A DNA stretch of 64,000 nucleotides from Epiperipatus broadwayi (lineage: Eukaryota; Animalia; Onychophora). The stretch is taken from positions 7,316,001-7,380,000 of the forward strand of contig JAQFVV010000007.1 of NCBI GenBank assembly GCA_028023455.1, written 5' to 3'. The position numbers and the translations under genes were made by a program. Below the pieces are notes generated by a model. It had not been told where the DNA came from. It was given only the letters and a program-made list of their open reading frames with translations, and made no database searches. Shown piece by piece: positions 1 through 13,204 of this stretch. The stretch's first letter is position 1, and every line of letters begins with the position of its first letter.

Positions 1-835
1 GCAAGAAGTATTTTGTGGTTTAAAATGGGGAAATAAATAAATGGAGATTATGGAAGGCATCTAGATTTTGCAGATGTAATTGTTGTGTTTTTTTTGCAAA
101 TAATGCTTGAGAGACTCAGGAAATATTGCAAGAGTTATCAGATGAAATAACAAAGTAGGACTAAAAATAAATGTTAAAAAGATTAAGGTAATGTTCAATG
201 GATTTTCTCAAAAGATAAAGTTTGATAATGATGAGTAAAAAGAAATTAATAACTACAAATACCTTGACCAGATTACAACTACAAATGGAAACCAAGGGAT
301 GATATAATGCATAGAACTAAATGTGATTGGAGTGCTTTTCATAGAAATAACTTAATATTAAAAGGAAATATGCCCATGTGCTTGAAAAGGAAAGATTTTA
401 ACAAAGATGTTTTACCAGTTTTTACTTATGAATCTGAGACTTGGATATCTAACTGAAAAGCAACAGAGAGATTTCAGACCATTCAAAGAAGTATGGAGAG
501 ATGCATGTTAAGAGCAACAAGAAGAGATCAAAAATGAAATACATGGGTAAGAGAACAAACAGGTAACCCTGAATCACTGAAAGAATTAAGAGACTGAAAT
601 GGAATTGTGTTGGATATATTTCTAGAAGAGGTGATAATAGATGGATAGTTGAAATCTTAAACTGGATTCCAAGAGATTATAAAAGATCCAGAAAAAGGTC
701 ACATGGATAGATAAAATAGAAAAAAATGTATAAGGGTGATGTGGAGAAGAAAGGCTAGAGATAAGAGATGAATTCAACTTGGAGAGATCTTCCATTCTGC
801 AATGGATTGATGATGGTTGACACTGATGATGATGA
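1..835 (+). mobile_element. RTE-clade LINE, decayed 3' part (RT C-terminal half plus (GAT)n tail)
   Basis: Frameshifted translation gives HLDFADVIVVF (FADD-like, about 58-90), KVGLKIN, YKYLDQI, PMCLKRKDFNKDVLPVFTYESETW, QRSMERCML, WVREQT, KWNCVGY and DNRWIVEILNWIPRDYKR, all typical of RTE ORFs. It ends in a tgatgatgatg tail at about 824-834. Confidence 0.85.
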
Positions 836-3387
836 AATATTTTTACAAAATATTTCATAACTGTTATTAACAGTAGAATTTCTTTGAAATATGTTTCATT
901 TTTAAAACTACAGATTAAATCATTTGAAGTAATCTTAAAACAGAAACACACTCTGTTGAAAAGCATCATTCTGAATTTTTGTTACAATTTTAATAAATAT
1001 AAATGTAATTTATAATTTTAAAAAAGAATTTTATGTTTGTTATGAATTAATACTTATTTTATTCACTTATGTTTAAAAGTTGGAATTCATTTAACAACAT
1101 TAATTTCTTTTTTATAATGATGTTACAACATAGAATGAGTATATATATAATCATTGCTGTCATTAGTTATTTCACATTTTTATTTTTGGAAAGATCAAAT
1201 ATGATTTTTTTAAAGTTTTTTTCATTTGTAAAGATATTTTTAACAAATCAAACATAATTTACTAATTCATAAGGTTAAATAATGGGTTTAACATTAAAAT
1301 TAAAATATTGAAGTATTAACTCAAATTATCACTGTCAGGCTAGATGGAAAAACATTGAAATGTGAAAGGATTACAGTTATTATAGTAAATAAAAGTAATT
1401 CCCTGTTAGAATATATAAAAACATATTTTAAAAACAATTCCAAAAATGTTTCTGGAGAAATAAAAGATTGATAAACAAATTAGAAACATCATAAGTTATG
1501 ATAGAAAGTAAGTTAATTAATTGTAAAGAGTTGTAGAAGATAAACAGATTTAATGAGATAAATTAAAACAACAAAAGCTATTTGCAGAATGGCAGCACAA
1601 AAGAATTCTGCTGGCCAAAAATATTCAAGAATAAAAAACAAATCTTTGAATCAACTGCTTCTGAAATTCAAATCTTATGGGATATTCTCTATTCTCTGAA
1701 ACTGCATGAAATAATTTTAGGTTCATTTTATATATAATATAAAATTAAAGACAATATTATTAACATAGATAGATTGAAAATATTGAATACAACCTCAATG
1801 CATTTGTGATGTTGAACACCATTGTCAAACTCTTACCTTTAATTATTTATTTTCTAATAATGTCATAATGAATGGTCCATAGAGCTAACATACAACAGTA
1901 AATAATAAAACTAATAAAATATAATAGTTATATAAAAAATAATACATTTAAATATTTGTAAAATTATTAGAATTTAATTTTTTTCACAAATTATATACTT
2001 TGGTATATTGGTTTTATAATTAAAATATATTTATTATTTTAAAACTAACCTACATCTATTACAAAAAGAACAAAGTTCAAAAGTATCATCAATCATTAAT
2101 AATACATTTTTTAAAATGAAAATTAGGACTCTATCAACAACCAATAGATTACATGTCTTTATATAACATCTTTGTTTAGAAGATTCTTTTTTTTTTTTAA
2201 TAAAATAAATATTATTGAAATGTCATTTGTTTTCAAATATTTATTTTAATAATAAATAAAATAAAATAATATCTAAATTTGATCACTTTATCCACATGTG
2301 CATATATTATATATAAACATTGAAAGCAAATATCAATAAATTGTTCATATTATTATTTGACTTAATTCTTTTACTAACTAATATTTAAAAATATGACTAG
2401 TGAAAATGATTATTTTAATAAAAACAAATAGGTGCTGATCTATTCAACTACCTACATTTAATTTGATCTCTGGTTCAATCTTTAAACATTACTTTAATAT
2501 CATGAAAGAATACTGGAATGACTAATCAATAAATTGTAAACACTTTGGATTTGGAAAGAGGATTTATTGTAATACTATTACTATGTAATTTATGAATTGA
2601 AGGTGTAATCTTCATTGAGAGGTCTATTTCTGCTCAACTTTTAGTACAGTTTGGTTTTGTCAATTTCTTATTTGATTTTGAAAAAATGGAAGGATGGTGA
2701 AGGAGTGGGAAAAAATACAATCAATTGTATGTTTTTCAAGTTGACTTGGATTTCTCATAAAACTATCTCATATTGACTTACCAAATTACTATAATTTCAA
2801 ACAACCACTTTTAATTTGTAATTGATAGATTTGTTGGAAAATTTTATTCTTTATCTTTAAAATTTTTCAATTTATCTGTTATTTGCTATTTAAAAAGTCA
2901 GTAGTGAGAAGTGGGAGAGGCAGGGAGAAACTATAATCAATTGTAAAAATGTTGACTTTTATACATTCAATACAAATTTTAAATAAAAATAATATCCAAA
3001 TAAAGATCAACTGACTGCCTTTGAAATAACAACAAATTAAAAAAAAGATTAAAATAAAACATTTTTTTATTTTTTGGATTCCCATTGCCTGATAGTTGTT
3101 TTCTTTTTGCTTAATAACCCCCCCCCCCCACCATTGCCACTTTGTATTGTAAGGGTAGCTTACAATACTATTAAAACCAGGGTATATTTGTCCACATCAC
3201 CATACCAACTGTACAAAATATAAGCTTAACTAATAGGTGGTCAGATATGCACTACCCTTTCTTTTAAGCATACATATATGTATATACATAATGGATGTTT
3301 GCTTTGTTAAAGATCAAGTTAGATAAATGTCATGATGAACTGATTTTCATTACTTAGTGAAAAGTAAAAACCCATTTAGAGAAATCA

Positions 3388-3389
<2 letters not shown>

Positions 3390-3449
<60 letters not shown>
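3390..3449. repeat. (TA)n microsatellite
   Basis: Perfect TA run of 60 nt. Confidence 0.95.
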
Positions 3450-3450
<1 letters not shown>

Positions 3451-6338
3451 TAGCAATATATTAATAATTAATGTGTTGTACATCACAATGTCAAGCCAAT
3501 CATGTGCAGAAAATGAAATTAGAATTCTATTATGTAATTTTATTATAACTTGTGCAACGATAGGCAGTTATGGCAATGTTGAAAAAAATGTAAAAGCTAG
3601 TATAACAAATACCAGAAGCTAAGCTTGTTATAAAAGCAAATCCAGTTCATTTCCATCATCTTTTATTATTTTTTAAAAGAATGCATTAACCAAATAAAGC
3701 CAACAACCTGAGATTGAATATTTGCATGGAAAGGAAAATAGATGACTTGTTCGAATACTCTGAATTATCCATATAATTTTTTTAGTGCAAAACCATAAAA
3801 AATTAAAATTGACATTTGAATTAAGAGAAATTTGATAAAATCATGCAGTTTAATAAAATTGGTAAACTGTTTTTAAGTTGATATTGGAAAAAAAACTGCA
3901 CTAACATGAACAAAGAAGGAATAAAACATTGCCAGCACTTGAACAAAATAATGAAGTAATTTTTTTTTGTAAGCCATTAAATTCCAAATCACAAATAAAG
4001 AAAATTTAAGTCTGTTATAAACTGCTATGCAATGTATTTTGATTAAATTGACAGTGCCATAGGACTGAAGTGCCACTATCCTGACCCTGGAAGCACAATG
4101 AATTAATCTACTTACTCTTGTAATCTTTAAAAAAGTCATAATTGTCCTTCATTAAATGTCTACCTGGATTGAGAAGAAAAGCAACTGTAGAGAATGGACA
4201 TAATACTATTTCAAGCACATTGCACAGGAATTCCAATGAGTGATGGATGTGAAACAAGAACAGTGATTCAAAAAAGAGATAGACTGTATCCATGACTGAC
4301 ATTATATGCCAATCTCATGAACATTAATCAAAATAATTTAATCAAAGTTATGATTTTGTTAGGAGTTCTTGTTATTTATGTATTTGCAAAATTCTTTTTT
4401 ATTTTCTTTTCACACTTGGAAGCATAAGTGTCTATGATTTGGAAGAGTTCATTATAAGTGAATGCAAGAAAATGGGGGGGGGGGTCATTAAGTTAGTTTT
4501 CCCTCCATAACAACTTGGCATTGATCATCATGATATGGGATAAGGTAAGATCTTTGAGATTATTCCATATTAATTATGTACACTTATTACAGGATTCTGG
4601 TTCTTTTTTTTTGCTTGTTATAAACTAATAATCATTTATGTTTATTTTTTCAGTATAAATGACTAATCTTCTTGTGTGGATGTTATTTCCTGTAAACATT
4701 AGGAAACCATACATAGATAAAGGGATCTCCAAAGAAGATGGAACATCACTAATTTGAATTGAACAATGAGATGACTACAGATATACCTGCATAATATACT
4801 AAATTAGCTAGTTAGCTTCACAGTGGATTTAATAATATCTTTTTTTAAATTTTTATTTGCTTTGTAAATAATTAATGCCCAGGGCATATATTTTTACCAT
4901 TGGGTAAGGGTTTGGAACTGTAAATATTTTCACTTGTTGATATAGTAGAAATCCATCCTTGATACAAGCAATTATACTGTTTTACCTTATTAAAAAGTTT
5001 CAATATTATTTTTTTATTTTGTATTTATTGTTTAATGAAAGTTGTTAAATTTATTCACTTTTAACTTGTCTCTAGTGTATCAAAATTATTTATGCATTCA
5101 TTTATCAACCTATAATCAAGGATATAAATACAAACACACCTTACTCTTATATAAGAATGTAGAAATATGCTTGGATGAAGGATTAAATCAGTTGTAACCT
5201 ATATAGAGGTGCAGCAGTTGCTATCCCACATAAGTTCATCCCTGAAAAAATTCAAAAGCAGATCAAGTACTGAGGCATAATGAAACCTGAAGAAGGGGTG
5301 AGGTATAGATTAACTAGCCCAAATTATATCTAAATTTAATGTGTAAATACAGACTAGCCCATTGGAGATAGATACAATCATAGGTTATATACTTCATCGC
5401 ATCATTAACAGCATCCTACTAGAAACCCTAGGTCTGACCACAGTGAGATGTGTTCCTCTTCTCTTGTGATAAACCCTGGCCTGACACAGTATGGATCAAG
5501 TAATTTGGCATGGTTGGACAATACATAATCTCTCTAAATTCCCTACCTCTTAGCACCATTGATGACCAAAGTCTAAATGAAAAACATAAGATGGTCTATT
5601 TTTACCTACTTTTAAAAAATAAAAAAAAATAAAAACAATTTGTCTGAACAACACCAAATATAATGTTTCCATTTCTTTTTCAAAGAAAAACATTTAAACA
5701 ATATCAATGAAGTTCAGAATGTTTATTATTAAATTAATTTCTAAAAAGAAAAAGAAATCTTGTAATGCCAGGGAAAATATTTCCTTTTTATTTTCGATTT
5801 TATTGTATTTTTGAACTATTTGTAAATCTAGATTTTAGGTACATAAAGTATGGTGAATCTTTAATTTATCAATTAGTTACTTCAGAATTATTTCATGATA
5901 TTATTTCAGAATTATTTCATGATATAGATGCAGTTATTTTAAAGAAACAAACAGAAAACTGATGTTGGTAGCTGAGTAGATCACTAGATCATTTCCAATC
6001 AATAAATCATTAAAAATAGTATTGCACAAACATAATATAATTTTGTTAAAAAATATAATAAATATAAAACTGATATTCTACATACCTAAATTCTTTTATT
6101 AAGTTTACTCTAAAAGTTCTTTTACATTAATGGATATTTTTATTTTTCAATATAAAATAAATTATAAACATCTTTCACTGAAATTGTCATAAGAAGTAGA
6201 AGTCTGGGTCATTTTTTGCTAAAAACTATAGGTCATGATTCTGATATAAAACATGCATGTGCAGTAATGATAGTTTTTTTTTAGACTTTTATAAAGATGA
6301 TTAAGCATTTACTTTATATAGCGCATGCTTATAAATTG

Positions 6339-6483
6339 TAATACATTAAAGATCAGCCTGGATTCATTTTATTCTAACCTAAATACTATATCTTGTGTTG
6401 GGAGTCAAAGTATTCATTTATTATTAACACTCGTAAAAAGCGCGCATGCACAATAGCTTGACAGGCTGATCTTTAATGTATTA
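6339..6483. mobile_element. MITE-like element with perfect 22-bp inverted repeats
   Basis: taatacattaaagatcagcctg (6339-6360) is the exact reverse complement of 6462-6483. A 16-bp direct repeat ttataaagatgattaa lies at 6289-6304 and 6481-6496. Confidence 0.6.
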
Positions 6484-6877
6484 TAAAGATGATTAAAAAA
6501 AAAATTGATGGCACACATTTACAAAAACTGATGAAATGCTGCATGCAGCAAAGAATTTAATAAATGTAACCATCTCACACAATGTGCGCATGCACACACA
6601 CAAAACACACAAAATGATTTAAAAATGTGTTTTTTTTTTTTTGCCAATCTAAAAGCAATGCTAAAAGATAAAAGAATATGTAAGAATTTTAATTCTAGTG
6701 TGTTTCCCTCCTCAAAAATATACTATAATTTACAATAATAAAGAATACTATACTTTATTTAAATTCTATATAAAAAAGATATTTGTATTTTAATAATATT
6801 TATTTAATCTCTCTTAAAGAAATTTGCAAAAAAAACAACAACAAAAAAAAACAACAAAGATGAAAATATCTGTCTAG

Positions 6878-7124
6878 TGTGGAGGGTGGTATAGATTGGA
6901 GCCTGGCCATAAAAGTTTGAAGATTTGCTATCTTAATATAAACAGAGCACTGATTATATATATATATGTGGAAGATGATGATCTAGACCAACTGATGAGT
7001 GCTGGTGCAGCACAGAATACTTCTAGTGGTAATAATTTATCTTTTTCACATATGTGGTCATGTGTATCAGTGGCATGAGATAGTGAATAGTGGAAGGAAG
7101 CTTAAAAATCTGTGTTCAAATCCC
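6878..7124 (+). mobile_element. Hammerhead-bearing repeat, copy 1 (degenerate core 6987-7030)
   Basis: ACCAA CTGATGA GTGCT ggtgc AGCAC agaa tacttc TA gtggt; GAAA is mutated to AGAA. Flanks align with copies at 21.4, 28.2 and 44.6 kb. Ends in gttcaaatccc. Confidence 0.8.
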
Positions 7125-8235
7125 CTATAATTAATTAAAATGTTTATGTGGTAGAAATTTTAAGTAAACAAAATTTATTTCAATTTATTTTTCAATAAAT
7201 TTATGTATATTAAAATTGTTAAGTTAATATTTTGCAATGTAATTTATATACAAATAGATGTACCTGGCATTGTAAAGGCTCATTATTTTTGTAATAATTG
7301 GTTGCTTTAATAAATTTTTTTAAAAGATTTAATGTTGTAACTAATAATTTGTTAAGCACATACTCATTACCTAAGTAATATATATTAAGGCTATGCACCT
7401 AAATATGACAGTAGGGACATCTAAAAATCTTTATCACAAGATTAACATATTTAAAAGACAAGAGCAGCCTCTTATCTTCAACCTACTTTTTAATTACATA
7501 GGCAAATCTAAAGCATTTTAATTTGTGAGCATGAAGCTATCGAATACTTCACAGATTAAATTCACAATTTCTATTACAAGATAATGTTCAAGAAATCTTT
7601 CAATTTACAACAAAGATTTGTAGAGGGCCCTACTGTCGTATTTAGATGCATAGTCTTTGTTTAAGATTTAATATTGTTTAAGATTTAATGTAAATTAAAC
7701 AAAGCGTTTTAATATTATATAAAGAAATTTCTGAATTTTAATAAAGCTAAATTAAAACTTATATTTTCAAATACACCTGTTATAGTTGACAGCTTTACAG
7801 TGCAAATATATTTTTACTGGAGGACCCTTTAAATAAAAAAAAACTTGACTAATCATAATAGTTTTTTTAGTTTTATTAATAGTTACTGTTTATTAATATT
7901 AGCATATAAAAACACTAATTGTTTTGTAATATTTTTTTATTAAATATAATATTTATAATATTTTTTTTAATTGATTGCTTTAACAATTTTTATTTATTAA
8001 ATATTGCTAGGTATGCCATTCATCTTAACTATATTATGGAATTGGCAGATCATGAAAGCATTGACCACATTAATATTGACTTATGAATTGGCATTAGTGG
8101 CTGTTTCTGCAGCTGGCCGGGGACCTTTACTACAAAATATATACTATATCTCTATAGTTAAAAAGCACTTGTATTGATTCCCTCCCCCAGCATATTTTAT
8201 TTAATGTTAGAATTACTTGCTTTCTATAAATCACC

Positions 8236-8628
8236 CACTTCCAGGATACTACTTGAAAGCACTCTAAATGTTGAACAAGAATCAAGACTAGAATGAATCC
8301 ACCTATTCTTGGTATCTTTTATGTTTATAAGCATATCTTTGTCAACATTGTTGATAATTCAGAGTGAAATTAATGTATGAACCAGATGGAATATGGTTTT
8401 TAAGAATTATTAAATGCATAATTACCTATACAAATCTTGTATAATTACATATACAAGCTTTATATGGGTAATTATAAGTTTAATAGCTCTTAAATTCCAT
8501 ATTCCATCTGGTTGATAAATTAATTTCACTCTGAATTATGTTTATAAACCTCAGAGTTATCATGAATAGGTAGATTTATTCTATTCTGTTTAACATTTAG
8601 AGTGCTTTCAGGTCATAGCCTGGAGGTG
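8236..8628. repeat. Degenerate fold-back element (about 190-bp arms, centre about 8447)
   Basis: Blocks such as tgaaagcactctaaatgtt, ataattcagagtgaaattaat, aaccagatggaatatgg and cttgtata each have a reverse-complement partner placed symmetrically about 8444-8449. Confidence 0.75.
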
Positions 8629-8959
8629 AGCAATTTACTCCCTTTGTTTATATATAAATTGAGCTATGTTTAATTTAAAGTTTGCTTCATATAAACATAA
8701 ACATTGTGAATTTGACACATAACATCAAACAAACATCAAACAGAAAAAATACAGATTTTATGTATAAGATAAACAACCTTTAAATTATCACTGCAGGCAA
8801 AAACTTTATTCATATACCAACTATATAGACAAGGCATTACTAAATAGGCTTATCAAAGTGCCAGATTGTGTGAGTTTATGCAATTTTCATTTTTTTCTTG
8901 ATTCTCTACCTAAGAATAGAGAAAAACTCATTTTCAACCAATAATTAGATGATTCACTG

Positions 8960-10250
8960 AATTGATTATTGTTTAATACCATAATGAAGTGGAAGATTCT
9001 GGACTCAAAGTCTGTGTATCATAGCTCCAATTCTGTTATTTGCTATGTTAATTATTTTGTATATGTAGATGATGTACTTCTCTGTGGATCTGCAAAAAAT
9101 AATAATGGAATCACCAAATCACTGCTGCAATGGGCTGTTGAAAATGAAAATGTCTGAAAAGGATTAAATTTCTGGATCTAATAATTAACAGAAACAAAAA
9201 CAACATGGATTACAAAATGATGATAAAGCCATTACAAATAAGAAATGCAATGTACCCACAATCACAAATCCTAATGTCATATTAGCTGGATTCAAAATAT
9301 TCCTCAGCAGAAATCAATGATTATAAATATGAAGCAAATTAAAAACACAACATTTATGCAAACATAAAAAACCTAAGCAGCATAGGTTACAAACAAGAAG
9401 TACTCAACAAAAAATTGAAAGATTTAACATCACAATAAAACAGAACTTAAGATGACAAGATGGTGATAAACTGTAAATGTCAATACCTACATACCAGAAA
9501 TGGCTTTATTTTAAAAAAACATTTGACAACAAAGGTACAATATCAGCTTCTGAAACTAGACATACACATAGACTAATCAACAATACCAGGCATAAATTGT
9601 AAAAAATGAAAAAGAAATCTGGCAAATACTTTATGAGATTCAGTGCAATGGTCCAGATTGCACAGTCATATATTATGAAAAATGATGGACTCACATTTCC
9701 ACAAGAATCACACTGTACAAGTACTTTTACAAATGCAAAAAAAACAAACAAACAAACAAACAAACAACAACTGAGAATATACATCTGCTTATTAGATCAT
9801 GAAAAAGAACATAGTGACAGAGAAAGAAAAATAAAAAAGGCTTAGTAAATTGCAAACAACAATGACACTATAAACATAAGAGTGAATAGCATTCCATTAT
9901 TAAAGTAGTGAAATATTTAGATTATCCCATTCACATTTTAAGAAAAATAAACAGACACTATCAATGAAGAAAATCCAATGAAATAATACAGCTATGATTA
10001 TATTGCTCACTGCATTAAGCCAAACAGAAAACTAATGAAAGCATAATAACACCCTCCACTAGGCATACTAACATATACATGCACAGTTATGACAAATAAA
10101 AAATGAAATGGAAATAAAATTATATATATACAAAGGTCAGACTATTCACTCACTGAGAATGCAATATAAAAAAGTCCTTCAGGAGAAATTGGAAGCATTT
10201 CAGTTAATGATTCCAATATGGAGATGCTGAGACAGGCACTTGTAAAAACT
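8960..10250 (+). mobile_element. Highly decayed non-LTR retrotransposon RT region (clade uncertain)
   Basis: YVDDVLLCG in ORF 8969-9157 (YADD-like), then VVKYLDYPI (about 9903-9930) and a weak KSPSGEIG (xxGGLG-like) segment near 10170. Many stops. Confidence 0.4.
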
Positions 10251-10660
10251 AAAAAAAAAAATTTAATGAGAATGCTCAAGTAATAAACAATTTAAATACA
10301 TTATTTATACCAAAGTATTTACATACATTATTTTTATATTCAATTAAATCGAAAGTCTGCCATATTTTGCTTTTGTCTGATAATAATACACACAAACTTT
10401 AACTTCTCACTAAGACAAAAAAAAACTATCTTAATTCTAGCAGCAAACGAAAACCAAAATGAAATATAAAAGCTCTTTTTCTAACTATCGAAATTTTTAT
10501 TTTTTAAAATATGCATGGTATTCTCATTCTTCACGTTTTCACAGAACATGATTTTGCAAAATTGTGGCTAAATAATGCGGAATATGAAATATATATATTT
10601 AAAAAAAGCATAATGGACTAAATTTTTTTAATAAAACACTTTCACAATATATTTTAAAAT

Positions 10661-10820
10661 TTTCACACATCCCTCAATTCTCCATGCCATCTCATATTGC
10701 TGATCCACCTGATCACACACATGTTGAAAAGATAAATAATCACCAATAGACATATTTCGTGCTAAACCAGCACTCTCATCAGTTAGTCTAGATTATCATC
10801 TCTATACATATATATAATCA
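10661..10820 (-). ncRNA. Hammerhead-bearing repeat, copy 2 (core 10742-10787; left arm of inverted pair)
   Basis: Minus strand reads ataatc tag ACTAA CTGATGA ga GTGCT ggttt AGCAC GAAA tatgtc TA TTGGT gattat. It has a 2-nt insertion after CUGAUGA. Confidence 0.75.
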
Positions 10821-10943
10821 GGTTTAGCACGAAATACGTATATTGGTGATTATTTATCTTTTCAACATGTGTGTGATCAGTGGGTCAGCAACATGAGATG
10901 ATATGGAGAGTTGAGGGTCTGTGAAAGTCTGAATTCGAATCCC
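10821..10943 (+). mobile_element. Hammerhead-bearing repeat, copy 3 (5'-truncated, 3' half of core only)
   Basis: Starts ggtttAGCAC GAAA TACGTA TA TTGGT gatta and lacks CUGAUGA. It is an inverted copy of 10661-10768 and ends gaattcgaatccc. Confidence 0.85.
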
Positions 10944-11399
10944 GCATACATTACATATATATATATGCAGGTTTAAGCTTGTATAGTGTATTAATTTAAA
11001 TATATTTTAAAGTAAGTTTATTTAGAGAAAATCTGATTTTTCAGATTACGTTCCTAAGCAAATTTTAAATATTAATCATAAGACTAACAGACCATAAAAA
11101 ATATTTTTCCATTTTCAAAAATTAAACGATAAAAGTTCATATAGACATATACAATGGAAAAAAAAAGAATCCATTTTAAATTCATAAATATGAAAATTCT
11201 GATTAACAATATTCCTAAACATTCATTTTCTGATCACCAATAATATCAAAAGGCATTCTTATTTTGTTAAAAAAAATTAAGTTTGGATTTCAAATTTTAA
11301 AAAATAGCAAAATGACCTTTAATGGAATTTATAAAAAAGTATATACAGATAAGAAAGTAAATAATTTCTCTATTTAATTTACTAGCGCAGTATTAGAAG

Positions 11400-12640
11400 C
11401 GAATTACACCCTATACAGATGCGCTGTAATAGACGTAATATGTGTGTTTATACGCATTAATAGAGAAATTTATTAGTTCAATAAAAAGTATATGGCTAGG
11501 CGCTTTCTAGAACTTCTGACGTTCTCAAATTAATAACAAGATAACGTTGGAAAATAATGGAGAGATGGGTGCGTATGTAAATACAATAGATAGAATTCAA
11601 ATTTATTTAAATTACGATGTTAAATATTTAGATTGGAGCGTCTATTTCTTGGAGAGGGGGGAAAGACGAATCTTTGTAATTGATAGCATTATTGTTATTG
11701 GATATATAGCATGCTTCTCTGATTTCTCTTTGAGTAATTTCTTTCTATGTATTAATTAGTGTCCAGTCATTTTGATGTTTCAGAAAAATAGTGGTGTGTT
11801 CTGGAATGTCTGAGGCTCTTTTATATGGATATTGATGTTGTGTAAGGCATATAGATAAGGATGTTCGAGTTTCACCATAATAGATTGATTGAGATCCATT
11901 TTGAGGGCATTTAATTTAACCCACAGTGCTAGAGATGAGTTCAGGTTCAAGCTTATCCTTGGACTTATTGAGTAACTTATTTATAGGAGTATGGTAAGCA
12001 AAGTGATAAGTTGGAGAGAGTGTTTCTTAAATAATTTTATTAATGTAGAAATGTGTGGCAATAGATGCCATGGTCTCTCATCAGTAAGAGGGTTAGAATT
12101 TATTGTAAAATTGTATTTGTTTTAGCAAACTTTGTTTAAATTCAATGGATATTAAATATTTGAGATGTAATTCTATATTCGCTTGTTGAGATGGTTGGTG
12201 TTTACATAGAGCATAATTACAGAATAGGAAAGAGGATAGACCTGCCAGTTTGTGAGACTGAAGAAACAGTTGAATTAGGGTGCATGAACCCACAAATTTT
12301 GATCAGTTTAATATGCATGGAGTAATCAAGATGAGAAATGTTTCTTTGTATTATTAAATCTAAGTAGGTGAGACAATTATGAGAGTCATCCCAGTCTATT
12401 GTAAGCAGCAAAGCTGAGTGGCTTTGTAGATTTGCTTTAATATTATGGATTAAAGGCTCTAGTCTGGCAATAAAAATTGTTTTAATACTTCAACATTGTT
12501 TTATTGAGTGCAAAGAATACTGTACTCTCAAAGCACAAGAGAGAGACTTTCAAAAGATAAAAATGGTCATCTTATCTTTGTACTTAAATTCACTTATATA
12601 AGCCAATCTAAACTGTCTTGAAACAAGAGCATAAAAATGT
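11400..12640 (-). mobile_element. Penelope-like element fragment (RT C-terminus plus GIY-YIG endonuclease), decayed
   Basis: Minus-strand translations: LLCFESTVFFALNK, TIDWDDSHNCLTYLDLIIQR, IKCPQNGSQSIYYGETRTSLSICLTQH and REIREACYISNNNNAINYKD. The last closely parallels ORF 45678-46001. Confidence 0.75.
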
Positions 12641-13204
12641 TCCATTAATCACTTTACATTCATTCACTTTATTCTATCTATTAACAACATTCATGAAATT
12701 TTATAATTTATTGACTGTTAATATTATGAAATATTAGAAACAATGTAACTCTCTAATTTACTAATGTAGTATTCATATATACTTTTAATCAAAAGGGAAT
12801 CATAGCCTATATATGGGTGCTGAACTGAGTTCAGACCCATATGACTATATAAGCTAATGTGCTTGGATTGAAAACATTAAGATGTTTTCAGTTTAAGACT
12901 CATAGTTTTGTAGTTAAGTGAAGATAAAAGGTGGCTGCTGGAGGGTTGCATTAGATCCTAGGATCTAGGTGCAGTGCTCTGAGATCCAAGGCTCCTCACT
13001 GACAAAGGCCACAAGCTAGAAACTAGTTTGGGGGTATTGTATGAGTAGCCACTAGATGGGTATTTTATGAACAAGCCTTCTGGCATCCATTGATTACTCT
13101 AGCTTGCTGTGCGTGGCAATACGTATAGTGAGTTTTGCCTGTTTTAGCCTATAATATGCACTGTAATGTTTTAATAGCTCAATAGTGTTTTCTAATAATG
13201 GTGT

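Noticed and set aside
823-837. CTGATGA...GAAA in the RTE tail (also CTGATGA at 6528 and 17477, and on the minus strand near 16899, 22468, 45871 and 62520)
   Set aside because: No helix II/III or pairing helix I; explained by a (GAT)n tail, YADD codons or chance.
3146-3170. 10-bp stem hairpin gtattgtaag/cttacaatac as a Helitron 3' end
   Set aside because: AT-rich stem with no following CTRR terminus.
8010-8180. Possible host exon (MPFILTILWNWQIMKALTTLILTYELALVAVSAAGRGPLL); also 47025-47135(-), 40698-40812(+) and 29071-29274(-)
   Set aside because: No recognisable homology, weak or missing splice partners, or stops in all frames; cannot be supported without RNA data.
11492-11530. Hairpin plus GAAA-GCGC-C-TA downstream of the Penelope stop (minus strand)
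   Set aside because: Suggestive position, but there is no CUGANGA box and no helix I partner.
12947-12973. 16-bp perfect palindrome tagatcctaggatcta with tgca flanks
   Set aside because: Single short occurrence with no supporting context.
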